A stretch of DNA of 64,000 bases from Podarcis liolepis (GCA_965112155.1 OZ218099.1); one strand, 5' to 3'. Shown: positions 50,767 to 63,576, counted from the stretch's first letter. Notes: generated from the letters alone by a model not told the origin. A program made the numbers and translations.

Positions 50767-52299
50767 TAAGAGAAACAAGAAAAGAGGCCTGAAGCAATAG
50801 TTTCTCCTTCTCATGGTGACATGACCCAAGGACCATGCACTGCCCAGTGGAAGACTCAGAGGAGGGTAAGGCTCCAGCTTCATCCTGAGTGGAAGAACTG
50901 CCAGGACTTTTTTCAGGAGCCCCTCAGCCACAGGACACAGCTTTGCCAACTGCTCTGATTTAGAGAAGTCTCTCAAACTGCCCCAGTCTCCCCAGTCTTG
51001 CAGAAGGCAAAAACTGCAAAATAAGAGAAGGGCACTTTAAGAGCTAGCAGGCTCTTCTGGGGAGGCGGGGTTTTCTACACTACAGGTCTACTTAACTGTA
51101 TGTTAGGCTACAGATGTAGCTTGGTGCATGCTGAGCAGTTTCAGTAGGACTCTGGGAGCTCTCCAAGGTCCTGCACAATCCTGCTGTAGTCTTGAATTTT
51201 TGGCTTGGCCTCTTGCTGAGACACTGAAGGGGCTCACCTGTGAGCCCCGCGCTCTTGCAGAACGCACAGGACGTTACCACATGACACACTGCAGCTGCTG
51301 AAATGCCCTGTTTCTGCAGCTGTTAAAAGTGGAAGAGCCTGTCCTCATCACTAATGTGACTAGCATTAGTCAATATGACTAAAAAGGCAACATACTCATT
51401 TTATTCTCTAAAATAAGTAGCATTTTATTCTTCCAATCGTATTTTTATTTCATCTCTGCAGGAAATGTGACAGCTAATTGCTAATATTTCATTAAAAAAC
51501 ACATACAAAAAAAGTTTTTAAAAATCTAGAAATCTAGAAATTTTTCTTTTAATAAACATTTCATGCATTTCTTCAAAAACAGCAACAGCCAGCCCTCCCC
51601 GTACCACTGTTTTTTAAAAAAACAAACCTTTGCTCTTAATTTTCAGTATTATGTTATGGTCCTATTATACCCTGTGTATAGTTCCAAGGAGTACCATTTT
51701 TTGTTTCCTAGTGTACATATTCCTAGTGTACATAATCACATTTTCTTGGCAATATATGATTAAATAATTTTCAGTCAACTATGGCTACAAGTGTGCTGCC
51801 TGCGCTAACATTCTTCTTGCTTGAGTACTTTGGTGACAGCTTCTCTTAAGGCTCCTTACCTTTGTCTGAAATTTATGGTCATTTATCCACCAGTGGAATT
51901 TTTAATATGGCCCTGTCTGTTCAGTGGTTGTGTGTTAAATGCCAATAAACTGGCTAGAAAAGAGCTGAGAGACTAATTGCCTTTTATCTACAGTGTGATG
52001 ATAATCAGATGCGGGTGGGAGGAAAGACTCCTGCAGATTTAACAAGCCTAACTGACTACCATTTTAACATACTTTGTCTGTATGTATTTACTAATAAGCT
52101 AAAACTTTCAGAATGCTTTATTTTCCACACCATGCTGTTCAGATTTAAAATCTATGTTTTGCTTGCTTTGATGGAACTGGTGGTCTATCAGGTAATCACT
52201 TCTTACACAGGTCTAGCTTTCAGCTGTACACAGCCTGAAACTAATGTGTCTGGAAATGTGAAACACTTACCAGGTATTCAGCTTCCTACCAGGTATACC

Positions 52300-52719
52300 T
52301 AGTGATGTATAGAAGTGAGAGCTGGACCATAAAGAAGGCTGATTGCCAAAGAACTGATGCTTTTGAATTATGGTGCTGGAGGAGACTCTTGAGAGTCCCA
52401 TGGACTGCAAGAAGATCAAACCTCTCCATTCTTAAGGAAATCAGCCCTGAGTGCTCACTGGAAGGACAGATCGTGACGCTGAGGCTCCAATACTTTGGCC
52501 ACCTCATGAGAAGAGAAGACTCCCTGGAAAAGACCCTGATGTTGGGAAAGATTGAGGGCACAAGGAGAAGGGGACGACAGAGGACAAGGTGGTTGGACAG
52601 TGTTCTTGAAGCTACAAACATAAGTTTGACCAAACTATGGGAGGCAGTGGAAGACAGGAGTGCCTGGCGTGCTCTGGTCCATGGGGTCACGAAGAGTCAG
52701 ACACGACTAAACAACAACA
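52300..52719 (+). mobile_element. 5'-truncated BovB (RTE clade) LINE encoding the ORF C-terminus
   Basis: ESWTIKKAD...AFELWCWRRLLRVPWTARRSN...LEKTLMLGKIEG.RRRGRQR.RWLD is the BovB signature. (CAA)n tail and an exact 12-bp TSD ACCAGGTATACC (52288-52299, 52720-52731). Confidence 0.96.
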
Positions 52720-55375
52720 ACCAGGTATACCAGCCCCAGCCTCCAGAATTATTTGGTGTGTTTGTGTCATGGGCAGGCTGCTCTTAGAAGGCCTGTGAGT
52801 GTGTGACTATAGGGAGGAGACTGGGGGCTGTATGCCAGGAATACAAGTGGTGGTGAACAGTTAAGGCACCAGCCGGGTGGGCACTGCTGGGTTACATGAG
52901 CTGCTGGCGCTGCATCTGAACTATTCTCTTTGTTACAAACCTGGGCAGAAAGACCCTGATTTCCTATGTACATATATTTAGCAGCTGAAATGAACCAATA
53001 ACTTGCAGGGATGACCAAAAAGAAAAGAAAACGATGACAACACCAGCTCACCTACTCAATGCCCTAAAGTTCATTTCCATTTTTATAGTGGATGCTATTT
53101 CAAAATGCAAATGCTTGTGCACTTCTTGAAATAAGGTCAGAAATGCTCCTTAACTTATGCCAATTGGTTTCCTTCCATTGACAATATGCACAGTACCCAC
53201 ATTTCTGGCATCCTACATTAAAACAACACTTGATATGACTTCTAAGAATTCTCAAACTAGTATCAGCCACTAGAAGGCCTAGTGGTAGGAGAGTGATGGG
53301 ACTGCCCCTTGAGTTTTGTTATTTATTGGCATTTGGTTCCTGATTGAACTTCATTCCCTGGGATAAACATCCTACCTGTGTGTACGGTTGTAACTTGGGC
53401 AAAAGGTGTGAATCAAGACAAGTGCGTGATGAATAAAGCATGTTCATTAAAAGTGGGTTGGTTTTTTTAAATGCAACCACTTGCATCCTGAGAACCACAA
53501 GCAAAAGGAAGCTCATGGAAGGGGACTTTCCTCTCTACCCTGCTTGTGCAACAGGCCTCTGACCAACCTAGGTGATTCTCACTCCTCCCCTCCAGTGCCC
53601 CATCTCATGCTGCTCCAGAATATTCACCCCTAACTTTGGCACATTCATTCTCCACTTGTCAACAGGATGCAGTTGCTGTAGCACTGCTGTAGAAGCCCAG
53701 TGCTGCAGAGGATTTTTGCACTAGGGTCAGAGGATTATGAGGAATAGAAGAGTTGCTCGGGGACTTTACTGCAGTGTCTCAAAGACCATGGAAGCAACTT
53801 TGTTCAGCTAACATCAGCATACAGCTCTATTAGCAATAAGGTGTGATGAATGAGTTTAGGGAGTTCATGCAAGCAAACCTCTCTAAACAAGAACAGAACT
53901 AAAAGTGTTGTAATGGCAACCTGTAATTCAGATAGATATGTTACTCTGTTTGTATGCTGAGCACAGTGTGTATTCAGAAATCCAAAAGAATTGCTGCAGA
54001 AAGGAATATTGTTAGTGCCACAGTTTCTGAAAGGAGCAAAAGCTGTATCACATTGCAGCAAAATTTAAAAGCTGAAGGTCAAACTAAACATCATGTGTCC
54101 TTCATAAGATGCTTCATGCATCAGAGATTGCACACTCAAACACTTGATTCCATTGGTTTCTGCATTTGCCTATTTTGTAATTTCATAATTTGTTCCAGAT
54201 TTAGGTGTGTGTGTGTTTCTCATGTTGACGGAACATTGTTCTACAACTGGAGTGATGAAATGTCGGTTTGGATGAATACATATTGAAAAGTAAGATAAAA
54301 TTAAAACAAAACCGAAAGCTTAGGCTAGGCTACAGCAGTCTGGGTGGTAACAAACTTGAAGAACTCCAGTTTCCTTATCTGGTCATGTGAAAGATTTGGG
54401 TCATGTTTGAGCTAAAAATATGCCAATTAGCTGTGCCACCATTTTAAAAACAAAAGCACCTATTGGAAATTTCTCCTTCCCACCCCTGTTTCCCCTGTCC
54501 AAGTATTTTATGGTACTAGGGTATACTTATCAAATATGGATTTTTATTACAAGATTTCCAGACAAGTAGGGGGAAATAGGGAGCTAATGTAGGATAAATG
54601 ACTTCAACCACAGTTCAAAGGCACTAGCATTGGTACTGATTTAATAGCATGTTTCTTTATGGACTTGCTCTGAAGTTCATTAAAGTAATTTCAGTGACAT
54701 AGTTCAGCATTTAAAAGATAACCTGAGTAATTCATTTCCAAAAAAAGTCAAAAATTACTTTGAAGCTTTTAAAGAAGATATGAGGGGTGTGAACAGGCCC
54801 CACGATTTACCATGTATCTGTATCTGTGCATTCTTTAAAATTCCAGTCTATTTCTATGTTCTCTTTTCTTTGGTCTGTGTTTCAGGTTCCAAGACACTCT
54901 GTATAAAATGAAGTGTTTCCCCATTCACTATAATGGGGAACCTAAAAATTTCCTCCTCTTTTGGCCAAAGTAGATGAATTTAAGGGAGCCCCTCTGGAGT
55001 AGAGTAAGCTTTCTGAACTACAAGTGAACAGGTCCAGGGGCATTTTGTGAAGGAAGTAACAGGGATTCCCTTTACTTCATAATACCTTATGAAGAGAGTG
55101 GGGGGTTGTTTCTATAATAAAAGGTGGCCAAGTGTTGTGTACTCTTGTTCATACCTTTTTAAAAAAAATTGCAGCTTCACCATGTCCTATCTGTCTGGCA
55201 GTTTTTGTGTGCCCTCATACAGACCTTATATGTATTCCATAGGCCTTGTGATGTGACGCTGTCTAGAATACTGTGTGCAGAATTCTGAAGACCTCTGGAA
55301 TTATTGTTGTTGTTGTTGTTGTTAAAGCAACATGGAATTATTGAAGCAACATAGGGCATCAAACCTCAAGCCCTT

Positions 55376-55559
55376 AGGGTTGCATCCAGTGCTATGTAAG
55401 TGCACTTACACTCGTGCCATAGGCCACTCCTTCTTCTTCTCTCCCCTGCAGCCCCTAAAATCTGCTTGGGAGAGTCTCCCAACCACTGGAGCAGATTCTG
55501 AGGTTGAGGAGCCGCAGGCGGGAGGAGAGGAAGGGGAAGTTCTGCTGCCCAAGTGAAAG
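55376..55559. mobile_element. Palindromic ~200-bp non-autonomous element (truncated by the LTR-like insertion)
   Basis: Hairpin core AATCTGCT...GGAGCAGATT with pyrimidine-rich and purine-rich arms. Degenerate relatives lie near 30030-30205, 31215-31365, 35268-35480 and 53510-53720. Confidence 0.5.
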
Positions 55560-56231
55560 TGTGATGGTCTCATGGCACCATCTGGAAGGGGGAGAGTGTG
55601 GCAGGATCTGTCAGAGGGGAAAGAGTAGTCGGAGTCTGAGGAGTAGGATGGGGAGGGCTCCTGCAACACATTCGAAATCCCGGGGGGGTGGAAGGGGAGT
55701 TGGCCTTGACCCTACCTCTGCTGATGGATGTTCCCTTGGCAGCTGAGCCTGAGGCCAAGAGAGAGCTTGAGGAACTGGACAAGCCTCTGTCTCTAACAGT
55801 GGCGTAGCGTGGGGGGGTGCAGGGGGGGCCGGCCGCACCGGGCGCAACATCTGGGGGTTAGGGTTAGGGGGCGCAAATCCACGGGTTAGGGGGCGCAAAT
55901 CCACGGGTTAGGGGGCGCAAATCCATGGGTTAGGGGGCGCAAATTTCTTGCCTTGCCCCGGGTGCTGACAACCCACGCTACGCCACTGGTCTCTAAGGAT
56001 GTGGTGTCAAATGCACTAGTACAAATTGACTGAGCCCTTCCAGAGGGGTGCTCGGTTGCAGACGTAATCCATGCACTGAGGACATTATCCATGCAAATGG
56101 GAGGCTCCACTCGGTTGTTGAAAAGGAGAGCTGGGGAAGCATGTCAAGTGTTGGGCCAATATCTGAGCTTGGACTTCAGAGTCACAGAGTGAGAGCAACA
56201 GAAGAAAGTATGTTTTGTTCACACGATGACA
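55560..56231 (+). mobile_element. Divergent solo-LTR-like element interrupted by a hAT MITE
   Basis: Starts TGTGATGG. Decayed acidic/Trp ORF from ATG 55572 (WQDLSEGKE*SESEE*DGEG). Possible CA ends at 56200 or 56231; no convincing TSD. Confidence 0.45.
55797..55988. mobile_element. Very young hAT MITE with an internal 22-bp TTAGGG-containing minisatellite
   Basis: 17-bp perfect TIR CAGTGGCGTAGCGTGGG. Exact 8-bp TSD GTCTCTAA (55789-55796, 55989-55996). About 3.8 copies of GGGTTAGGGGGCGCAAATCCAC at 55861-55944. Confidence 0.94.
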
Positions 56232-58895
56232 GCATTCCATACAAGTTTCAAAATATTTTGGTACCTAAAGTAGAAATGGCACCCCATAAATTAAAATAGA
56301 ATAAAAAGCATACAGTTTATTATTATTGAGTGATTGTTGATTAATACTTGACAATTTCTTAATTAAAAATTGAGCAATTATTAATAATTATTTAAACTAA
56401 ATAACTGGTAAGTTGCTGACCTTTTCACAATAGCCCCAAATTTGCCTCTTGAGAAAGGCCGCCTCATTCTCCTTGATATTAGTTCTGGCCCTGACCTTAT
56501 ATGAATTCTACATCAAAGCTGCACACTGAATCTTTAGCTTGCCTCGCTTTATTTCCTAAACCTGCTTATTTTTACTCCAGTTTTCTAACAGTGGCTCTGC
56601 CTTACAGAAAGTGCAAGAAACTGTAAAAATATTAACAAATATTGATAAAACTACAGGACTTTTAACCTTCCAGAGCATATAGCTAATATTCAGATAATCT
56701 CCATTAAAGAAGTTGTGTGTCGTTTAAAAAGCTGATGTGAAAAACAGAAAGATGAAAAAATGAAGATAGATCAGCACTTACAATTCTGAAATTTATCTTG
56801 CAAGTTGTGTCTTTTTAACAACCTTGTTTTTACATACTCTGTTTAAGAAATTAATCAGGATATAGTTTGCTGATTAAAAAAGGTAGTGGGAAATTGATCT
56901 CCATTCCTGTCTCCTAGACTTAGCAAAAATTATGGTGATAAAAGGCCAGCTGCCTTTTTCCTCGCTTCAGTACTAGTCAGTCTCGCTTTTAATTTTTATG
57001 GTTTGTTTTTTTTAAAAAAAACCAAACCCAAACCCTCATGCAACCTCCCCTTGAAGATGTAAGATGAGAGGAAAGAGGAGCAAAGACTGAAAGATCTTTT
57101 CTATATCTCACTCAACTGTACAGCCACTAGCAATTAGAGGAAGAGAAGAAAACATACAGATGGGGGCAGGGAGAGTTTAAAGCTGATGCTAAAAGTTTAA
57201 GCAAAATCACTGAAATAATAATGCCCTTTTTTGCAAAAAATAAATAAACCAGAGGAGTAATCTAATTCCAATTTCAAAAAAATGTTTCAAATGAAGAAAA
57301 GAATCATTGGATTGGATTGGATAACAATCTTTCAAGTGTATGAGAAAACCTGCAAATGCTGATATTCGGCCACAAGCCTGGAGTTCGGTCAATAACAATC
57401 AGAATATTTGCTACAGAGCTGATGTTTGTTCCATTCAAGTCAATGCATGGGGCCAGGACATACCCCTACCTAAACGCCATTAAATCATTTGTATATCACT
57501 GAACACAAGGCCTGGGTGAACTCAACTTCCAAAATGAGAATCCTAGAGAATAGGATGAGGTTTTTAAGTCTCCTTGATTTTCCCAGGAGTAAATTTTACA
57601 AAATCCACGTCACGACAGATGCAACTTGTTTAAGATTAACTGCCAGGAATGTCCCCATTAAGAAAGCAGATTAATTCTGTGCATGTCTACTCAGAAGAAA
57701 GCCTAGCTGAGTTCAATGGGATTTACTCTGAAGTGTACAGAATTGCAGCTTTAATGCCTCATTTCATTTTTCCTGTTTGTTTACTCATTACATTTCCACA
57801 ACATAAGTAAGTGGGTTAATGACTGTATCGCTAACCATACAGTCATATGCATATCTGGTCAGAAGTGAAGCTCCTTGTAGTCAGTGGTACTTACTGCCAG
57901 GTATGTTTGTTGAGGATTGTAGCCAAGATGGCTGAAATGAAATAGTTAAGTGAAAGAACGAAAGACACTTTGCATTTAAAAGAGAAAAATATGACATTTT
58001 ATTCCAGTGACTATTTGGACAGCAACATAAGGTATTAATATGCATTAAATCCAGGATACATTATTTTGTTAAACTACTGAATTAAATTTAGGAGTTTGCA
58101 TGGATGCCTCTCAGTTGCTTTTAAATAACATTCCTGTGGCCTAGTTATAGAAGTTCAATCCTACTTACATTTGCAAAGAAACATCCTTATACCTCAGAGG
58201 AGTGTATATAACTACATGCATCTGAGTTCACTTTATTTATTAAAGAATGTTTAAAATAATCTCATTTGTAGCAGGTTTTCTTGTTCAATATAAACAGATG
58301 CAGAAATGCACAATATTCAATTTAAGCCTGTATAGAGATGGAAAAATGAAAGGCAATTAAGTCTGAGCCAGAATCAAATTCTTTCTAGGTATTAATTCCA
58401 GCCTTCTCTCCTCAACCCGCATTCTTGCCCCTTTTAAAACAGTCCTTGATGTTTAGTAGCTTGAAATCATATGTCCATCTGTTAAGCCAATAGGTATGTG
58501 GAAACAAAGTTTTAAAGAAGTTTTTAAGAAGAGCCATAGAATTCAAAAAGGTTCAGGCTGGTTTTTTAAATATTTTTTTACTTCTGACTGTACTAATACA
58601 TCAGCACTAGTCACTAAGCAACTGAAAATATCTGGGTGAGTGCCCCCTTGCTGTGCTCTATTGTGCTAGAGGGCCCAGGTTTGGGGTGTGTTCCGGTCCT
58701 GAACTTGAGCAATTGCTATAACATGTGTGTGTGTGCGCACACACATGTATGGATGATGGCGGCTGGTTCTATAGAGCAGGAAAGGGGCACGGTGCCCTTC
58801 TCCCTTTCCTTCCTTCTGGAACGTCCCCATATAGTATAGAGAGTGTATGTACCTTTTAATCTCATGGGACACACACACCTCCCCTGCCAAATCTA

Positions 58896-59145
58896 CCAGT
58901 GTGGTGTAGTGGTTAAGAGCGGTAGTCTCATAATCTGGTGAACCGGGTTCGCGTCTCTGCTCCTCCACATGCAGCTGCTGGGTGACCTTGGGCTAGTCAC
59001 ACTTCTCTGAAGTCTCTCAGCCTCACTCACCTCACAGAGTGGTTGTTGTGGGGGAGGAAGGGAGAGGAGAATGTTAGCTGCTTTGAGACTCCTTGGGGTA
59101 GTGATAAAGCGGGATATCAAATCCAAACTCCTCCTCCTCCTCTTC
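58896..59145 (+). mobile_element. Squam3-like tRNA-derived SINE
   Basis: Close copy of 7725-7979 with a (CTC)n tail. Confidence 0.9.
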
Positions 59146-59253
59146 CTTCCAGGAAGCTCACTATAAGCAAGTTTCCTTTCACTCTCTGCTATCCGCTGCC
59201 CTTTCACCCTCAGCTAACATTCGGTGTTTCAACCAGCCCTCTTGACGCCTTTC

Positions 59254-59382
59254 TAAGGTTGCCATATTTTGAAGAGCAGAAAATAGGACACATTTGCCAA
59301 CTTTTAACTATGGATCACTACGACAATTCTACCCATGGAAAAGAGGACGTGTCCCAGAAAAAGAGGACATATGACAACCCTA
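59254..59382. mobile_element. Small hAT (Blackjack-like) MITE
   Basis: TAAGGTTGCCATAT ... ATATGACAACCCTA ends with AGGAC subterminal repeats. TSD not preserved. Confidence 0.7.
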
Positions 59383-60047
59383 CTTCCAGCAGCCAAAAGA
59401 CACTTCATGTGTGAACGACAGACTAATCTGAAAGATGTATGTAATCTGCAAAACATCTAGTTTCCTTATTCCCCCCCACACACAATAGAAATCAAACGGC
59501 CCACAGAAAACAATGAAGAAATCCAGGGAAGGTCTGACATGGCACTAGCATGTCCCCCTCAACAAAAAGTAGCAATAGGCAAAGACAGGCTTCCTGTGAA
59601 CATTTAATATGAACGTGGAAGTTCACTCTCTGATTCTATGATTCTCCAGACTTTGTCAATCATTTTTCTTATCTCTTTGCTCTTAATATTCTGTAAATCC
59701 TGAAGGTCACAGTTAATTATCAATGTTATTGTTATTATTATTATTATTAGTAGTAGTAGTAGTTTCCTTTTAACCTGCACATGTCTGTCTGTACTTCTGC
59801 ATATCTTAGGACTCCCCTTTTATATAGAACCCAGACCCTTATTTTTGAGCGGCCCCATTTTGCTTCCAAATGCAGAATGCATATTCAATTGCCTAAATAT
59901 TGAATGCTCAAGTGGTATGATAAATATCAGTGGCTTTCACAATGTGTTCTGTGCAGTTCTGAAGTCCCATGATGGTTTACCATTGGTTATTAATGAGGAA
60001 ACCAGTGTGGAGACCCACTTGCCTGCATTACTGACCACCCCCTACAA

Positions 60048-60176
60048 GAGGTGTGGGGAACCTTTGGCCCTCAGATGTTGTTGGACTACAACTCCCACCA
60101 ACTATTGGCCAAAAGCCAGGGGTGATGGGACTTGTAGTTCAGCAGCATCTAGAGGGACAAAGGTTCCCCACACCTG
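60048..60176. mobile_element. Palindromic hAT MITE
   Basis: TIRs (G)AGGTGTGGGGAACCTTTG / CAAAGGTTCCCCACACCTG. Exact 8-bp TSD CCCTACAA (60040-60047, 60177-60184). Confidence 0.9.
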
Positions 60177-61420
60177 CCCTACAATGTGCTGCTCACTGGA
60201 GAGCTTTCACATGCATTCTATAGCATAGTCTCAGTGCACGGATTAGGCTAAACACGGCAGGTTTTACTGGCATCATGTGACCCAAAGGCATTCTCATAAT
60301 CTTCTGCAACAATGCACAGGAGACCTGCAGCAGAAAGACTGATGCAAACATTCCCTCAAAAGTTGTCTTATACACACCTTCCTTTAATTACTTGTCACAG
60401 TCCAGATACCTGTTATGTGTGTGGAATCAATATACAGCCTGAGTTTTGTTTGTTGGCTGAGGCGCTGCTTTTGAATAGTTGGGTTCTGATGAGGATGTTC
60501 CCCTGAGACTCAGTGGGAAGAGTTTGAGAGCTCAAGGATGGTCACATTTTGAAGCAGGAAACAGCCTGTAAGCATTTTTTTTGGGGGGGGGGGAGTGGTG
60601 ATTTCTTTTAAAGTAGATCCCTCAGCTGTTTTTTAAAAACCTTGGCTGATAAATTAATCTGTTAAATTTATATAATCTTGCACATGGATAGCACGCCTTT
60701 CAGCACATGAAATGCCTATTCTAAACCAGGTAATAATGGCAAAATTAGACAATACCACTAATGAGAAAGAGACTAAAACCCTAGCATTTTATGTCAAGCC
60801 CTGAGACCTGGCAAGCCTATTTGAAACTCGTCAGAGGTTTGTCCCTTTGGCACCCTCCCACACGCTCCTTACGAAGCTCTGGCTCCCAGAACACTTCTTT
60901 CTTTGCACCCATGGAATTCTCTACATAAGAACTCTGAACAGGCTTCGAGTGCAGCAAAAACTATTCAGGAAAGGGAATTTCAATGCTTTCAGCCAAATAC
61001 TGTGACAATAATTCACACTTTGGGGTTTCAGTATCATGGAAGAAAGCCACAAAACTAAGTGAAACTGTCTGCCCACCCAACAAGTAACGATGACCATGAG
61101 GACAGTATTTAATTTTGTAATGTCTATTACAGCAGCCACAGACCAACCACATAGATCTCTCCACTATGGATACTGTCACCAGAAAATGTCACCAGATGCT
61201 AGAAACTTGGCTGTCACCCCATTTCCTTTGCTTTCATCTTATAGTGTGCTTTCCCACCCTTCTTTGGACCTTACTTCATTTTCCCCTCGATCACATCACA
61301 GACAACTATTTCTAATCTAGCTGCCATTATGGCCAGTAGTAAGATGAAGTCAGAGCTGCAGTGATACCCGCTCAATGTGTATCCTGGATAAAGGTGCAAA
61401 CTGACCTAAAAATACATTTA

Positions 61421-61678
61421 GAAGAAGAAGAGAAGAAGAGTTTGGAATTGATATCCCGCTTTATCACTACCCTAAGGCGTCTCAAAGCAGCTAACAATCT
61501 CCTTTCCCTTCCTCCCCCCACAGCAAACACTCTGTGAGGTGAGTGAGGCTTACAGACTTCAGAGAAGTGTGACTGGCCCAAGGTCACCCAGCAGCTGCAT
61601 GTGGAGGAGCGGGGAATCAAACCCGGTTCACCAGATTACGAGTCTACCGCTCTTAACCACTACACCACACTGGCTCTC
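61421..61678 (-). mobile_element. Squam3-like tRNA-derived SINE
   Basis: The reverse complement begins GAGAGCCAGTGTGGTGTAGTGGTTAAGAGCGG. The (GAA)n tail is at the left end. Confidence 0.9.
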
Positions 61679-61761
61679 CAATTTACAGTTATTAAGACAA
61701 TGTTAAATTATTTGATGTCTTTTCAGGTTGGAAAAATTAAGCTATAACCTTCTGCATATTT

Positions 61762-62283
61762 AAGGGTAAAGGTAAAGGTAAATGACCGCTGGATGGTTAA
61801 GTCCAGTCAAAGGCAACTACAGTCATACCTTGGATCCCAAACATCTTGGTACTCGGATGTTTTGACTCCCAAACGCCACAAACCTGAAAGTGAGTGCTCC
61901 GGTTTGCGAATGTTCTTTGGAACCCGAATGTCCGATGTGGTTTCGCAGCTTCCGTGCTTCGGTTTCCAAACGTTTTGGAAGTCAAACAGACTTCTGGAAC
62001 AGATTCCGTTCGACTTTCAAGGTACGACTGTATGGGGTGTGGTGCTCATCTCACTTCAAGCCGAGGGAGCCAGTGTTTGTCCACAGACTGCACAGAAATG
62101 CCATTTACCTAATCACTGCAGCAGAATCTACTTGCACTGGCGTGCTTTTGAACTGCTAGATTGGCAGGAGCTGGGACAGAGCAATGGGATTTCACCATCG
62201 TCGCGTGGATTAGAACTGCCGACCTTCTGATCAGCAAGCCCAAGAGGCTCAGTGGTTTAGACCACAGCGCCACCCATGTCCCC
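61762..62283 (-). mobile_element. Full-length Sauria SINE split by a MITE
   Basis: (AAAGGT)n tail at left and the head GGGACATGGGTGGCGCTGTGGTCTAAACC at right (reverse complement). The body resumes after 62030. Confidence 0.9.
61820..62030. mobile_element. Tc1/mariner-type MITE nested in a Sauria SINE
   Basis: TA-CAGTCATACCTTG ... CAAGGTACGACTG-TA. Confidence 0.88.
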
Positions 62284-63574
62284 ACTTGAAAGTAAGCCCT
62301 CAGTATGACTAACTATAAGTAAACATGCATAGGATCACACTGCTGGACACACCATCAGTGTGACAGATGAAAAATTGATTTTCAGGTTTCTGGGAAGCTT
62401 AATAAGGGCAGAAAACCAGGCAAAGCTGAACCAAAGCTGGATACTCATTGGTCTGATGTCTGCAAAGTGAAGCTAATGCTGCTTGATGAGTGAAACACTG
62501 GCATATGGTGCCTATACAGCCAGCATCTATGTTCTCAGTTGAATCTCAGCTGTTTCACTGAAGAACAAACCACAGGAGCAGTCTATCTGTGCAACGCTTA
62601 CTTGGGATTTTGTAAAGAGCACCCATAAAGGTACACAACTAATTTCCTAGTTTTACCAGCCATTTCAGATAGCCGACTATTTCATGGGCGGAGGAGATGG
62701 ACAAAGCTATTTCATGCCTATCATATTGAATCACTTAACACTAGCAACAAATGCTAAGAAAAAAATATTTGTCTGCTAATATTAATGACAGCATGAGCAT
62801 CAAAAACTTATCTGTTGTTTGCACTTAGGCTAAGCGGAATTTTTGAAAGCGCTTGTAAATACAAGCATTTACAAGATTTTTAAATTTTGTTTTTACTCTT
62901 ATGGTTATATAAAAATCATGCAGCAACGATGAAGAAACACTCTAAAAGCAAGGAATTATATAACATGGCAAGAAAGAAAGGAAACCTGCAACAACAGGAT
63001 TCTAAGAAACATTAATGTAGCAGAAATACATATGCATGGCATGATGAACGCTAGAAATTAAAATTTATTAAAACCTTGACTGCTGGAGACAGACTCCTAG
63101 CTATGGAAATACTGTTCTGAATACTCTGAAAAGCTCTGTTGTATAACAAAATATACAAAGGCCAATTCAAAATGGTCCATTGATTGCCAGCATGCACTGG
63201 TCAGGTATTACACATGGTTTCAAATTATTGCAGCAGAGCATAAAGAGAAGTGGGTTAAAGGTAAGGCCATGGGGGTTTTGAGTGACAAATCTCACGCTGA
63301 GCAGAATAAACTTCCAAGAGAGGTCTATGTGTCCAAACATCCAATACCTACCCTATATTATCACATCCCGTCTCCTATTTAGGATTATTCTATCGCTACC
63401 AATATCTAAAATTAGAAGAAGCTGATCTTTGCAGTTAAGGAAAGAAAAAAATTCTCAATGTTGGTGTCTTCCTTTTAATTTTTAATATATTGGCAATAAT
63501 TGGAAATAGGATCTAGAATATTGGAATTTAAAATAAATGCTGGGTGTTTTGACATAAAAATTTCTTGGAGGTTT

Positions 63575-63576
<2 letters not shown>

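Noticed and set aside
51229-51248. GGGGCTCAC-CT-GTGAGCCCC hairpin
   Set aside because: An isolated 9-bp stem, too short for a pre-miRNA; bacterial-type terminators are irrelevant here.
55861-55944. Short regularly repeated units suggestive of a CRISPR array or true telomere
   Set aside because: They are head-to-tail tandem units without unique spacers, inside a TIR element in eukaryotic DNA, and not a pure (TTAGGG)n array.
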